DNA from: an uncultured Chloroflexia bacterium
GTDB lineage: Bacteria; Chloroflexota; Dehalococcoidia; UBA2979
Direction: 5' to 3'
DNA length: 64,000 nt
Assembly: GCA_963728205.1 (NCBI GenBank)
Contig: CAVSIV010000004.1
Span: 32,001-96,000, forward strand
The translations under genes and the position numbers were made by a program. This document shows, piece after piece, positions 30,767-40,175 of the stretch; the first letter of the stretch is position 1, and each line of letters begins with the position of its first letter. Below the pieces are notes generated by a model. That model saw nothing but the letters and a program-made list of their open reading frames with translations. It had not been told where the DNA came from and searched no databases.

Positions 30767-32074
30767 CTATTCGCGCGGTGCGACCTGGCGGTGCACCAGG
30801 GATGTCTCGTGCGCCGCGACGTCCTCGCCGCGCTGGTTCGCGAAGCGCGTCCGGTTCACGACGAAGACCATGCGGCCGCTGCGGCCGGTCTTCTCGTAGA
30901 CCTCCTTCACCGACGCGAAGGCGGTGATGGTGTCGCCCGGCCGCACCGGCGCGTACGCCTCGAGGCGCGTGCCGGCCATGAACGACGTGTTGCCGTAGTG
31001 CACCTTCGCGTCGGGTCCGCGGCCCTGGATCAGCGCGTTCAGCAGACCGGTCGGCGCGATGATCCCGCCGTACGGGCCGGCCTTCGCCGCGGCCTCGTCG
31101 GTGTAGAGCGGGTTTGTCTCGCCCACCGACTCGCAGTACGCGGCGATCTGCTCGTGCGTGATCTCCGCGGAGCCGATCTGCTGCTCCACGCCGATCACGC
31201 TGCGGTCGTAGTCGACCTCGCCGCCCTCGTGGTGCGCGATCTCGAGGTCCGACCGTCGCGCGAGCAGGCGCCGCGAGCGCTCGCGGATCTCCTCGTCGTC
31301 GTGCGTCTCCTCGACGGCCACCGCGCGCATGTTGCCCGCCCGCAGCTGCTCCACCAGCGCCTCGATGCTGCGCGCCGGCTCCGGGAACGCGGTCAGGCAG
31401 CGCGCGACGCCGCTCACGAAGTGCGCGTCGCTCCCACCGACCACCTTCAGCCCGTGCGCCTCCGCCAGCTCGATGCCGATGCCGTTCTCGGCGTCGCTGC
31501 TGCCGCCGTTGAGCGCCTCCACAATCTCGATGCCGTCGAGCGACACCCCGCGCTGCTCGAAGTGCTCGGCGAGCCCGATGCGCGGCCGCCCGGCGTGCGC
31601 GCCGACCGCGATCCCGCCGTGCTCGCGCGCCGCGCGGAACACGTCCTGGTACGGGAGCGCCACGTTCTTCAGATCGAACTCGCGATAGAAGCCGTCGCCG
31701 ACGCCGTAGACGAGCACGTGCCCGACGTCGGTCTCCACCTCGACGCCGCGCAGGATCACGACGCCGTACTGGTCGGCCAGCGCCGAGTAGTCGCGCTTCG
31801 CGTCGAAGTTGCGGTGCTCGGTGAGCACGAAGCCGTCGATGCGATAGCCGAAGCGCCGCCTGCCGGTGATCCACCGCAGGTAGCCCTCCACGGTGGCGCC
31901 GGCGTCGTCGGAGCCATCGGCGGAGTGGGTGTGCAGATCCAGGTAGCAGTAGTCGCCGGGGTTCGATTCCAGGGGCTGTGTGATGGTCGGGTCCTTCCCG
32001 CGAGGCGTGGTCGGGATGACGGCCGCGATTCTCACGCCCGGGGCGCGGCGCGTCAACGCGGACGCGACACGCAC
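30767..32074 (-). CDS. PHP-domain phosphoesterase fused to a MaoC N-terminal (FAS1-like) dehydratase domain
   Basis: DLHTHS..SDD, TEH, GH, AH, GGSDAH, then YCESVGETNPLYTD..GPYGGIIAP..PVRPGD; start uncertain (31984-32074). Confidence 0.82.
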   Translation of the reverse strand: MRVASALTRRAPGVRIAAVIPTTPRGKDPTITQPLESNPGDYCYLDLHTHSADGSDDAGATVEGYLRWITGRRRFGYRIDGFVLTEHRNFDAKRDYSALADQYGVVILRGVEVETDVGHVLVYGVGDGFYREFDLKNVALPYQDVFRAAREHGGIAVGAHAGRPRIGLAEHFEQRGVSLDGIEIVEALNGGSSDAENGIGIELAEAHGLKVVGGSDAHFVSGVARCLTAFPEPARSIEALVEQLRAGNMRAVAVEETHDDEEIRERSRRLLARRSDLEIAHHEGGEVDYDRSVIGVEQQIGSAEITHEQIAAYCESVGETNPLYTDEAAAKAGPYGGIIAPTGLLNALIQGRGPDAKVHYGNTSFMAGTRLEAYAPVRPGDTITAFASVKEVYEKTGRSGRMVFVVNRTRFANQRGEDVAAHETSLVHRQVAPRE

Positions 32075-32075
32075 G

Positions 32076-32164
32076 CAACCACAGCGGCGGCAGACATGCC
32101 GCCGACAGGGGGGCCGCTGCTGCCGGCGGTTCTGTCGGCGGCATGTCTGCCGCCGCAGTGGTTG
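32076..32164. repeat. Inverted REP doublet (REPIN-like)
   Basis: CAACCACAGCGGCGGCAGACATGCCGCCGACAG ... CTGTCGGCGGCATGTCTGCCGCCGCAGTGGTTG. Confidence 0.88.
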
Positions 32165-32179
32165 GGCCGACCTGACCGA

Positions 32180-33028
32180 CTACAGCGCCCGGAACCAGCG
32201 CCGACCGTGAAGCCGCACCACTTCGCCCCACCCGGGCTCGGGAAGGTGCCCGCCCACCAGCCGCATCCCCTCCGCTTCGACGCGCTCGACGAGCGCGACG
32301 CGCGTGCGGATGCCCTGCGCACGGTCGAGGTCGGAGCCGAACGGCCGCTCGGGCTCGCTCACGTAGAACGGGCTCACAATCACGTCGCCGGTCACCACGG
32401 CCCGCTCGCCCGCGGACGCAATCAACAGGCTCATGTGACCGGGCGTGTGGCCCGGCGTCTCGATCGCGGTCACCTCGTCGGTGAGCGCGGTCTCGCCGGC
32501 GAGCAAATCGAGCACGCCGCGGTCCCGCAGCGGCGCGACGAACCGCTCGATGTAGCGCGGCGGCGGCTGCCGGTGCTCGGCGTACTCGTGCCAGTCCGCG
32601 CGATGGAGCAGGTAGCGCGCCCGCGGGAAGAACGGCGCGCCCGCGCCGTCGAGACTCCACCCGACGTGGTCGGGGTGCGCGTGCGTGAAGAACACCGTGT
32701 CAACGTCGCCGGGCGCGACGCCGGCGCGCACCATCGAGTCGGGCAGGCAGCCCTCGAGCCCGGCGTAGCGGGGGTACGGCCCAACGCCGACGCCGAGGTC
32801 GACGACAATCGACCGTCCCCGCGACCGCAGCAGGTAGCAGCCGTTGTGGATGCGCCAGTGATGCTCGTCGCCGTGGAAGCCGTCGGGGTGGCGCGCGTGG
32901 TAGGCCGCCCAGTCCGCGGGCGCGGCGTCGGCGTCGACGTCGCGCCCCATCGGGTGCCCGCCGAGGTTCGCCGCGCCGTCGGGCAGCGACACCACCTCCA
33001 CGTTGCCCACGCGCATCTGGTCGATCAT
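32180..33028 (-). CDS. MBL fold metallo-hydrolase
   Basis: THAHPDHVG, TPGHTPGH, GD, GHLP. Confidence 0.92.
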   Translation of the reverse strand: MIDQMRVGNVEVVSLPDGAANLGGHPMGRDVDADAAPADWAAYHARHPDGFHGDEHHWRIHNGCYLLRSRGRSIVVDLGVGVGPYPRYAGLEGCLPDSMVRAGVAPGDVDTVFFTHAHPDHVGWSLDGAGAPFFPRARYLLHRADWHEYAEHRQPPPRYIERFVAPLRDRGVLDLLAGETALTDEVTAIETPGHTPGHMSLLIASAGERAVVTGDVIVSPFYVSEPERPFGSDLDRAQGIRTRVALVERVEAEGMRLVGGHLPEPGWGEVVRLHGRRWFRAL

Positions 33029-33070
33029 GCCGTCGCCCTCCCGGGCGGGAGTATGACACGATGCCGGGCG

Positions 33071-33688
33071 ATGACCGCCACCGACGCGACCCGCGACCCG
33101 TCCCCCCCGAGCGATCCCGAGCTCAACGCGTGGCTGCGCGGCGTCGCCGACGTCGACCGCCCGCGGCGCGTCGTCCGCGTCGACGACGACCGCATCCTCG
33201 TGTCGAAGTTCGAGCCGGGTTTCGCCGCGCGCCTGCACGAGCTCCTCGACCTCATGCCGGAGCTGCTCGACGAGGGGTCGGTGGTCGCCGCGTACGACCG
33301 GCTCGCGGCCGCGACCGACCCCGGCGCCTCGCGCACCGCGACCTGGCGCGAGGCGCTGCACGCTGCGCTGCGCGCCGCGGGCGAGCGCCACGCGATCCCC
33401 GACCTGCGCCAGGCCGAGGTGCGCACCGGCATCGACTCGGTCGCCGCGGTGCTCGACTCGGTGCTGTGGACCGACCCGAAGGTCGGCGCGGACTACGCGC
33501 CCGGCGCGGGCGAGGTGGACGCGTACCGCGACGGTCTGCAGAGCCTCGATCCCGGCCGCGACCTGTTCACGCGCCACTACGGCGTGTGGGACGGGCGGGC
33601 CGTGGTGAACCATTGCCCCGGTGCCGCCTTCGCGCGGGTGATGCTCGCCCACGCCTGGCGGGCGTGCACGGGAACGCCCGCGCCCTAG
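33071..33688 (+). CDS. Hypothetical protein
   Basis: GC-ending codons in this frame, fills the gap, divergent from the MBL gene. Confidence 0.65.
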   Translation: MTATDATRDPSPPSDPELNAWLRGVADVDRPRRVVRVDDDRILVSKFEPGFAARLHELLDLMPELLDEGSVVAAYDRLAAATDPGASRTATWREALHAALRAAGERHAIPDLRQAEVRTGIDSVAAVLDSVLWTDPKVGADYAPGAGEVDAYRDGLQSLDPGRDLFTRHYGVWDGRAVVNHCPGAAFARVMLAHAWRACTGTPAP

Positions 33689-33725
33689 GCGCGCGGCAGG
33701 CGTGAGGCCTCCGTCGGAACGTCAA

Positions 33726-33811
33726 AGCGGCGGCAGACATGCCGCCGACAGAAGCGCGGCGCCAGCCGCGGACAGCATCCGCAGCCTGGCGGCGGCATGT
33801 CTGCCGCCGCT
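33726..33811. repeat. Inverted REP doublet (REPIN-like)
   Basis: AGCGGCGGCAGACATGCCGCCG ... CGGCGGCATGTCTGCCGCCGCT between convergent genes. Confidence 0.85.
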
Positions 33812-33854
33812 GAGGGAGACCGTGAGGCGCTCACAATCGACGGCCGGCCTCAGC

Positions 33855-35384
33855 TCAGTCCTGCCGCGCGCCCAGCCGCTCCCGCACCGCGTGGCGCTGC
33901 ACCTTGCCCGACGCGGTGCGTGGCAGCGGCTCCCCCCACAGCGCGATCGCCCGCGGCACTTTGTAGCCGGCGAGTCGCTCGCGCAGGAACGACTGCAGCG
34001 CCGCCTCGTCCGTGTCGTCGCCGTCCCCGGCGACCACCACCACCGCGGTCACGCGCTGACCCCACCGCTCGTCGGGCACGCCCACGACCGCGCACTCCAC
34101 GACGGCCGGGTGCGCGAGCAGCGCCGACTCCACCTCCGCGGGATAGACGTTCTCGCCGCCGCTCACGATCAGGTCGTCGCGGCGGTCCACCACGGTGAGG
34201 TAGCCCGCGTCGTCCACCGTCCCGAGGTCGCCGGTGTGCAGCCAGCCGTCGCGCAGCGCCTCCGCCGTCGCATCCGGCCGGCCCAGGTAGCCCGGCGTCA
34301 CGGTCGGCCCGGCGACGAGGATCTCGCCGACCTCGCCGGCCTCGGCGCGGCGGCCGGCGACGTCGATGCACAGCGTCGTTCCGGCGAGCGGCAGGCCCGC
34401 GGACCCGAGCCGGCGCAGCGCCTCGTCCGGCGCGAGCGTGCTCACCTGCGAGGTCGCCTCGGTCAGCCCGTACGTCTGCAGCACCGGCATGCCGCGGTCG
34501 CGCGCCGCCTCGAGCAGCGGGCGTGGCGCGGGGCCGCCGCCGAGCAGCACCGCGCGCAGCGTCGCGGGATAGGCCGCTCCGTCCGCGGCGAGCATCCGCT
34601 GCAGCATCGTCGCGACGACCGAGAGCAGCGTGATGCGCTCCTCGCGCAGCGCGCGGTTCACTCGCGACTCGTCGAACCGCTCCTGGATCACGGCGGTCGT
34701 GCCGTAGATCGCGGAGCGCAGCAGGATGCTCAGCCCGCCGACGTGAAACAGGGGCATGCAGGCGAGCCAGCGGTCGTCGGGCTCGACGCCGAGGTTCGCG
34801 GCCGAGCCGGCGGCGCTCCAGTAGAAGTTGCCGTGCGTGAGCAGCGCGCCCTTCGGCCGGCCGGTGGTGCCGGACGTGTAGATCACGCTGTGCGGCCGCG
34901 CCGGGTTGACCGCGCGCTCCGCGAGCAGCGGGTCGCCCGGCGCCGCGTCGGCGCCGGCGACCGCCTCCGCCTCCACCACGGTCGCGCCGGCGTCGGCGGC
35001 GACCGCCGCCGCGACGTCGCGCGACGCGGCGTCGGCGACGACCAGCCGCGCGCCGGCGTCGCGCACCTGCCACACCATCTCGCCCGGCCGCAGGCGCGCG
35101 TTCAGCGGCATCAGCGCGCCGCCGGCGCGCGGCACGGCGTGCGCGACAATCGCGAACGCGGCGCCCGCTTCCATCAGCACCGCCACCGGCTCGCCCGGCG
35201 CGTCGAGCCGCGCGGCCAGCGCGGCGGCGGCGCCCGCGACGCGGCGGTGCAGCGCGGCGTAGGTGAAGGCGCCGTCCGGCGCCTCGATCGCGGGGTGCGC
35301 CGCGTGGGTGCGCGCGCGCAGCGCCATCCAGTCGGCGAGCGCGACGGCGGGCGGCGCGCCCGCCGCGTCGGCGTGGCTCGTCAC
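33855..35384 (-). CDS. menE: o-Succinylbenzoate--CoA ligase
   Basis: YTSGTTGRPKG, PLFHVGG, TYGLTEATSQ, SGGENVYPAEVE; in the men cluster, GTGA overlap. Confidence 0.9.
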   Translation of the reverse strand: MTSHADAAGAPPAVALADWMALRARTHAAHPAIEAPDGAFTYAALHRRVAGAAAALAARLDAPGEPVAVLMEAGAAFAIVAHAVPRAGGALMPLNARLRPGEMVWQVRDAGARLVVADAASRDVAAAVAADAGATVVEAEAVAGADAAPGDPLLAERAVNPARPHSVIYTSGTTGRPKGALLTHGNFYWSAAGSAANLGVEPDDRWLACMPLFHVGGLSILLRSAIYGTTAVIQERFDESRVNRALREERITLLSVVATMLQRMLAADGAAYPATLRAVLLGGGPAPRPLLEAARDRGMPVLQTYGLTEATSQVSTLAPDEALRRLGSAGLPLAGTTLCIDVAGRRAEAGEVGEILVAGPTVTPGYLGRPDATAEALRDGWLHTGDLGTVDDAGYLTVVDRRDDLIVSGGENVYPAEVESALLAHPAVVECAVVGVPDERWGQRVTAVVVVAGDGDDTDEAALQSFLRERLAGYKVPRAIALWGEPLPRTASGKVQRHAVRERLGARQD

Positions 35385-36502
35385 ACGCTCGCCTCGCGCC
35401 ACGGGCTGGTCGCCACGGCGTCGAGGGCGGCGGCGTCGTAGTCGACCCCGAGCCCGGACGCCCCCGGCAGCGCGAGCCGCCCGGCGCGCGGCCGCAGCGT
35501 CTTCGCCACGACGTCGGCGGCGAGATGCTCGCCGGTGCCGAGCCCGTGCGCCGCGTCGGACGGCAGCGCGGCGGCCAGCTGCAGCGCGGCCGCGATGCCG
35601 ATCGACGAGTCGTAGGTCGTCGTGACGAAGGCGCCCATGCCCTGCTCCGCCGCGCGCCGCGCGATCGCGAGCGCCGGCCGCAGCCCGCCCAGCAGCATCG
35701 GCTTCAGCACCACGAGGTCCGCCGCCTTCGTCCGCAGCACCTCCTCGCGCGAGTCGGCACGCTGCACCGACTCGTCGGCGGCGATGCGCAGCGGGGCGGT
35801 CTGGCGCACGCGGCCGAGCGCCGCGACATCGTCGGCCGCGACCGGCTGCTCGAGCAGCTCGATGCGCTGCGGGTACAGCAGCGCGATGGCCTCGCGCGCC
35901 GTCGCCTCGTCCCACGCGCAGTTCGCGTCGATGCGGATGGTCGCCTCCGGGCAGGCCTCGCGCAGGCGCTCGATGCGCAGCAGGTCTTCGCGCACCGACG
36001 TCATCCCGACCTTCACCTTGAGCACCGAGTAGCCGGCTTCGAGCGCCTCCAGGCCGTGCTGCGCGACCTCGCGCGCCGGCCCGCCGCCGATGATCGCGTT
36101 CGCAGCCACCCATGGGGCAGGCTCCTCGGCGAGCAGCGCCGCGATCGGCAGATCGCGCGCGCGCGCCTCGCGGTCGAGGTCGGCGACGTCGAGCGCGCAG
36201 CGCAGCGCCGGCGCACCGGCGACGTCGCCGAGCGCATCCGCCGCCCCGGGCGCGAGTACCCCGGCGCGGAGCGCACGCAGCAACTCGGCGCCGTGCGCGT
36301 CGAGCAGCGCGAGCACGTCCGCGACCACCCCCTGGCCGAGCGCCGGCAGCGGCGACGCCTCGCCGACGCCGCGCCCGCCGTCGGCGTCGCGCACCTCGAT
36401 GAGCACGCCCTCGCGGTCGTCGAGCGCGCCCGTCGCCGTCTCGAAGCGCGCACGCATCGGCAGCCGGAACGGCCGCCACCGGATCGTCGCAGGCTCGGTC
36501 AC
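35381..36502 (-). CDS. menC: o-Succinylbenzoate synthase
   Basis: Enolase fold: GEASPL, KVKVG, DANCAW, EQP, ADES, LKP, HGLGTG. Confidence 0.9.
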   Translation of the reverse strand: MTEPATIRWRPFRLPMRARFETATGALDDREGVLIEVRDADGGRGVGEASPLPALGQGVVADVLALLDAHGAELLRALRAGVLAPGAADALGDVAGAPALRCALDVADLDREARARDLPIAALLAEEPAPWVAANAIIGGGPAREVAQHGLEALEAGYSVLKVKVGMTSVREDLLRIERLREACPEATIRIDANCAWDEATAREAIALLYPQRIELLEQPVAADDVAALGRVRQTAPLRIAADESVQRADSREEVLRTKAADLVVLKPMLLGGLRPALAIARRAAEQGMGAFVTTTYDSSIGIAAALQLAAALPSDAAHGLGTGEHLAADVVAKTLRPRAGRLALPGASGLGVDYDAAALDAVATSPWREASV

Positions 36503-37407
36503 AGCAGCACCCCCACCGCGAGCAGGATCCCGAACACGATGTGCAGCCGCGCAGTCGCCTTCAGCGCGCCGTTGAGCGGCGGGCCGTCGGTTCGCGTGAG
36601 CACCGCGCGCACGGGGGCGATCGCGAGCGGGAGGCTCAACCACGCGACGAGCACGCCCGCCGAGAACCCGGCGAGCGGCCACAGCAGCGCCGCGGCGACA
36701 TAGGCCGCCGCCACGGTCAGCACGTACTGGATGCGCGCGCGCGGCCGGCCGAGCATCACGGCGATCGTGTGCTTGCCGGCGGCGCGGTCGGTGTCGACGT
36801 CGCGCACGTTGTTCACGACGAGGATCGCGGTGACGGTGAAGCCGATCGGCACCGCCGCGGCGACGGCGCTCCCGGTGAGCGCGCCGGCCTGCACGAAGTA
36901 CGTGCCGGCGACCGCGACGAGCCCGAAGAAGATGAAGACGAAGACCTCCCCGAGCCCGCGGTAGCCGAACGGCCACGGCCCGCCCGTATAGGTGATGGCC
37001 GCCGCGATCGAAGCGAGCCCGACCGCGATCACCGGCCACCCGGCGACCCACGTGAGGTACAGGCCGGCGACGGCGGCCAGCCCGAAGACCGCCCACATGC
37101 CGGCGAGCACCTGCCGCTCCGTGAGGATGCCCTGCGCGGTCACGCGCAACGGGCCGAGGCGCGTCTCGGTGTCGGCGCCGCGCCGGAAATCGGAGACGTC
37201 GTTCGCGAGGTTCGCGCCGACCTGCAGCAGCAGCGCGCCGAGCAGCGCCGCGAGCGCCGGCCACGGCGCGAAGACGCCGTCGCGCTGCGCGAGCGCGGTG
37301 CCGACGAGCACGGGCGCGACGGCGGCCGGCAGCGTGGCCGGCCGGCTGGCGAGCAGCCACGCCTGCGCGCGGCTCGGTCGGGACGCGGACTGCGAGAGCG
37401 ACGTCAC
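36499..37407 (-). CDS. menA: 1,4-Dihydroxy-2-naphthoate polyprenyltransferase
   Basis: RPATL, NLANDVSDF..GAD..RLGP, YTGGP, NNVRD..TD..GKHT. Confidence 0.93.
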   Translation of the reverse strand: MTSLSQSASRPSRAQAWLLASRPATLPAAVAPVLVGTALAQRDGVFAPWPALAALLGALLLQVGANLANDVSDFRRGADTETRLGPLRVTAQGILTERQVLAGMWAVFGLAAVAGLYLTWVAGWPVIAVGLASIAAAITYTGGPWPFGYRGLGEVFVFIFFGLVAVAGTYFVQAGALTGSAVAAAVPIGFTVTAILVVNNVRDVDTDRAAGKHTIAVMLGRPRARIQYVLTVAAAYVAAALLWPLAGFSAGVLVAWLSLPLAIAPVRAVLTRTDGPPLNGALKATARLHIVFGILLAVGVLL

Positions 37408-37508
37408 CGGCGACCCCTCCGGTTCGGGCGGGAGGCCCGCGCCGGGGCGGGCGTCCGTGCCCGACCCCACCTCACGCGGCCTCCGCGCTCTGACGCGAGA
37501 TCGGCAAC

Positions 37509-38345
37509 CTACCGGCTGCCGCTCGTGCCGTGCACACGGCGCAGGAACTCGAGCACGAGCGAGTGGAACTCGTCCGGCTGCTCGAGGTGGGCGGCATGCC
37601 CGGCACCGTCGATCTGGCGAACGGTGGCGTCCGGCAGCGACCCCGCCATCTCCCGCGCGATCTGCGAGAACTTCGCGTCGAGAGTACCGGTCACCAGCAG
37701 CACGGGCACGCCGATCTCCGCGAGGCGCGCGTGGACCGGCTCCTGCGCGCCGGTACCCATCCCGCGCAGGCTGTTCGCGAGGCCGGTCGCGCGCTGCGAC
37801 ATCCGCTGCGCGCGCAGCGCCTCGTGCTGCACCGGCGACAGCGTCTCGCGCTGGCTCGCCCACAGCGGCAGCGACCCCCAGTAGTCGACGAACCAGTCCA
37901 GGCCGTCGCGCTCGATGCGGTCCGCGAGCGCCTCGTCCGACGCGACGCGCGCCGCCCGCTCCCCGGGGTCGGCGAGGCCGGGCGTGGCGCCCTCGAGCAC
38001 CAGCGCGGACACCACCTCCGGGTGGCGCGCCGCGACCTGGAGCGCAACGCGGCCGCCGAGTGAGTAGCCCAGCCACGTCGCGCGCTCGTAGCCGAGGCGA
38101 TGGAGCAGTGCGGCGAGATCGTCGACGGCGCGGTGCATGCGGTAGCGGTCCACCTCCGTTGGCGAGCCGGAGAGGCCGTGGCCGACGAGGTCGACGGAGA
38201 GCGTCGTGAACTCGGCGTCGAGCGCGCGCACGAGCGGCCGCCACGTCTCACGCGAGCCGGTGAAGCCGTGGATGAGGACGACCGGCGGGCCCATGCCGTA
38301 GCGGTCGACGTTCAGCGCGAGCCCATCGACCTCGACGTGCGGCAC
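37509..38345 (-). CDS. menH: SHCHC synthase
   Basis: HGFTGS, GYSLGGR, R..R..SD, W..LPLW.SQ, D.KF, GHAAH. Confidence 0.9.
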   Translation of the reverse strand: MPHVEVDGLALNVDRYGMGPPVVLIHGFTGSRETWRPLVRALDAEFTTLSVDLVGHGLSGSPTEVDRYRMHRAVDDLAALLHRLGYERATWLGYSLGGRVALQVAARHPEVVSALVLEGATPGLADPGERAARVASDEALADRIERDGLDWFVDYWGSLPLWASQRETLSPVQHEALRAQRMSQRATGLANSLRGMGTGAQEPVHARLAEIGVPVLLVTGTLDAKFSQIAREMAGSLPDATVRQIDGAGHAAHLEQPDEFHSLVLEFLRRVHGTSGSR

Positions 38346-38347
38346 CG

Positions 38348-40114
38348 CTAGTCCCCGGCGGGCGTCGCCACGGCGACGGCCCCGCGCACCGCCTCCGCGA
38401 CGCGCGCCCACACCTGGCGGTGGAGCGCGACGTTGCGGTCGCGCTCGGTGCGCAGCTCGAGGACGTCGAGGCCCGGGCGGGCGAGCGCGGCGGCGATGGC
38501 GGCGGTGATGTCGGTGGCGCCGTCGAGCACCCCGTGGCGGCCGCCGTGCAGCGCGACCGCGTGCGCGAGGTCGAGGCCGTGCGGCGTGCCGAACCACGGC
38601 TCGAACTGGTCGGGCGCCTGCTGGCGCTGCGGCAGGAAGTGGAAGATGCCGCCGCCGTCGTTGTTCACGAGCAGCACCGTGAGGTCGAGCCCGTGGCGGC
38701 CGACGGGCCACAGCCCGTTGAGGTCGTGTAGGAACGAGAGGTCGCCGATCAGCAGCGCAACGGGCCCGCTGCGGGCGGCGGCGGCGCCGGCCGCGGTGGA
38801 CACGACGCCGTCGATGCCGGACGCGCCGCGCGTGCCGACGATGCGGATGCGCCGGTTGGTCGCCGGGAAGAACGAGTCGATGTCGCGGACGGGCATGCTG
38901 TTGCCGGCGACGAGCGTCGCGCCGTCGGGCAGCGCGTCGGCCAGGGCGAGCGGGAGCGCGCCCTCGAAGGGCTCGCCGAGCGCGGTGACGGCGTCGCGCA
39001 GCACGCCGCGGGCGGCGCCGTTGGCGGCGACCCACGTGCGGCGCCAGCCCGCGTCCGCGGCCGCGCGTCCCGCCAGCGCGGCGCCGAGCGCCGCGCAGAA
39101 CGCCGCGGGGTCGGCCGTGACCATCGCGGTCGCGACCTGCTCCGGGTCGCGCCAGCCGCCGGCCGGGTCGACGACGACGGCCTCGAGCCCGGCGATGCCG
39201 CCGAGCCACTGGTTGAGCGGCTTCGAGGTCATGCCGGCGCCGAAGCGGATCACCACCTCCGGCTCGGCCGCGTCGAGGAACGCCGGCTCGCGGACCAGCG
39301 CGTCGTAGGTCTCGACGACGCCGTCCAGCGCGTGATCGCCGGCGCGCAGCCCGGAGAGCGGGTCCGCGAGCACGGGCCAGCCAAGCGCGTCGGCGAGGGC
39401 AACGATGGCGTCCGCGGGGAGGCCCATCGACTCCGGACCGCAGAGGACGAGGCCGCGCCGCCCGGTGCAGGCCTCCGCGAGGCGGGCGACGTCTGCGGAC
39501 GCCGGCTCGCGACGCCCGGGCGTCGTGGGCGCGAGGGTCGCGCCGCCGGCGGTCGCGAAGCGCGGCGGCCCGCCGGGCTCGAGCAGCGGCTCGCGGAACG
39601 GGAGGTTCACGTGCACCGGCCCCGGCGGCGCCTCGAGCGCGAGCGCGGCGATGCGCGCGGCCGTCGCCGCCCACGCGCGCTCCACCGCCGGATCGCCGTC
39701 GGCGACCGGCAGGTCGGCGGCCCACTTCGCGTGGCTGCCGTACATGCGCACCTGGTCGATGGTCTGCGGCGCGCCGATGTCGCGCAGCTCGGTGGGCCGG
39801 TCGGCGGTGAGCACGAGCAGCGGCACACGCGACAGCCGCGCCTCGACGACCGCGGGCAGGAAGTTCGCGGCCGCGGTGCCCGAGGTGCACGAGACCGCGA
39901 CCGGTCGCCCGGTCTGACGCGCGAGCCCGAGCGCGAAGTAGCCGGCGGAGCGCTCGTCGAGGTGAAGGAGGGTCTCGAACGGGCTGTCCGGCAGCGACGC
40001 CGCGAGCGTGAGCGGGGTGTTGCGGGAGCCCGGCGCGATCACGATGTGGCGCACACCGCTGCGCGCGAGCTGCGCGAAGAACGCGAGGACGGCGCGGTCG
40101 GCGGGTGGGGTCAT
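38348..40114 (-). CDS. menD: SEPHCHC synthase
   Basis: PGSRNTPL, DERSAGY, CTSGTA.AN, NSMPVRD, RGASGIDG, GDLSFLHD. Confidence 0.95.
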   Translation of the reverse strand: MTPPADRAVLAFFAQLARSGVRHIVIAPGSRNTPLTLAASLPDSPFETLLHLDERSAGYFALGLARQTGRPVAVSCTSGTAAANFLPAVVEARLSRVPLLVLTADRPTELRDIGAPQTIDQVRMYGSHAKWAADLPVADGDPAVERAWAATAARIAALALEAPPGPVHVNLPFREPLLEPGGPPRFATAGGATLAPTTPGRREPASADVARLAEACTGRRGLVLCGPESMGLPADAIVALADALGWPVLADPLSGLRAGDHALDGVVETYDALVREPAFLDAAEPEVVIRFGAGMTSKPLNQWLGGIAGLEAVVVDPAGGWRDPEQVATAMVTADPAAFCAALGAALAGRAAADAGWRRTWVAANGAARGVLRDAVTALGEPFEGALPLALADALPDGATLVAGNSMPVRDIDSFFPATNRRIRIVGTRGASGIDGVVSTAAGAAAARSGPVALLIGDLSFLHDLNGLWPVGRHGLDLTVLLVNNDGGGIFHFLPQRQQAPDQFEPWFGTPHGLDLAHAVALHGGRHGVLDGATDITAAIAAALARPGLDVLELRTERDRNVALHRQVWARVAEAVRGAVAVATPAGD

Positions 40115-40175
40115 GCGCCGGACAGTGTAGGCGGACGGACTGCTGGGGGCACGGCGACCGAATGCGCGTCGCGGG

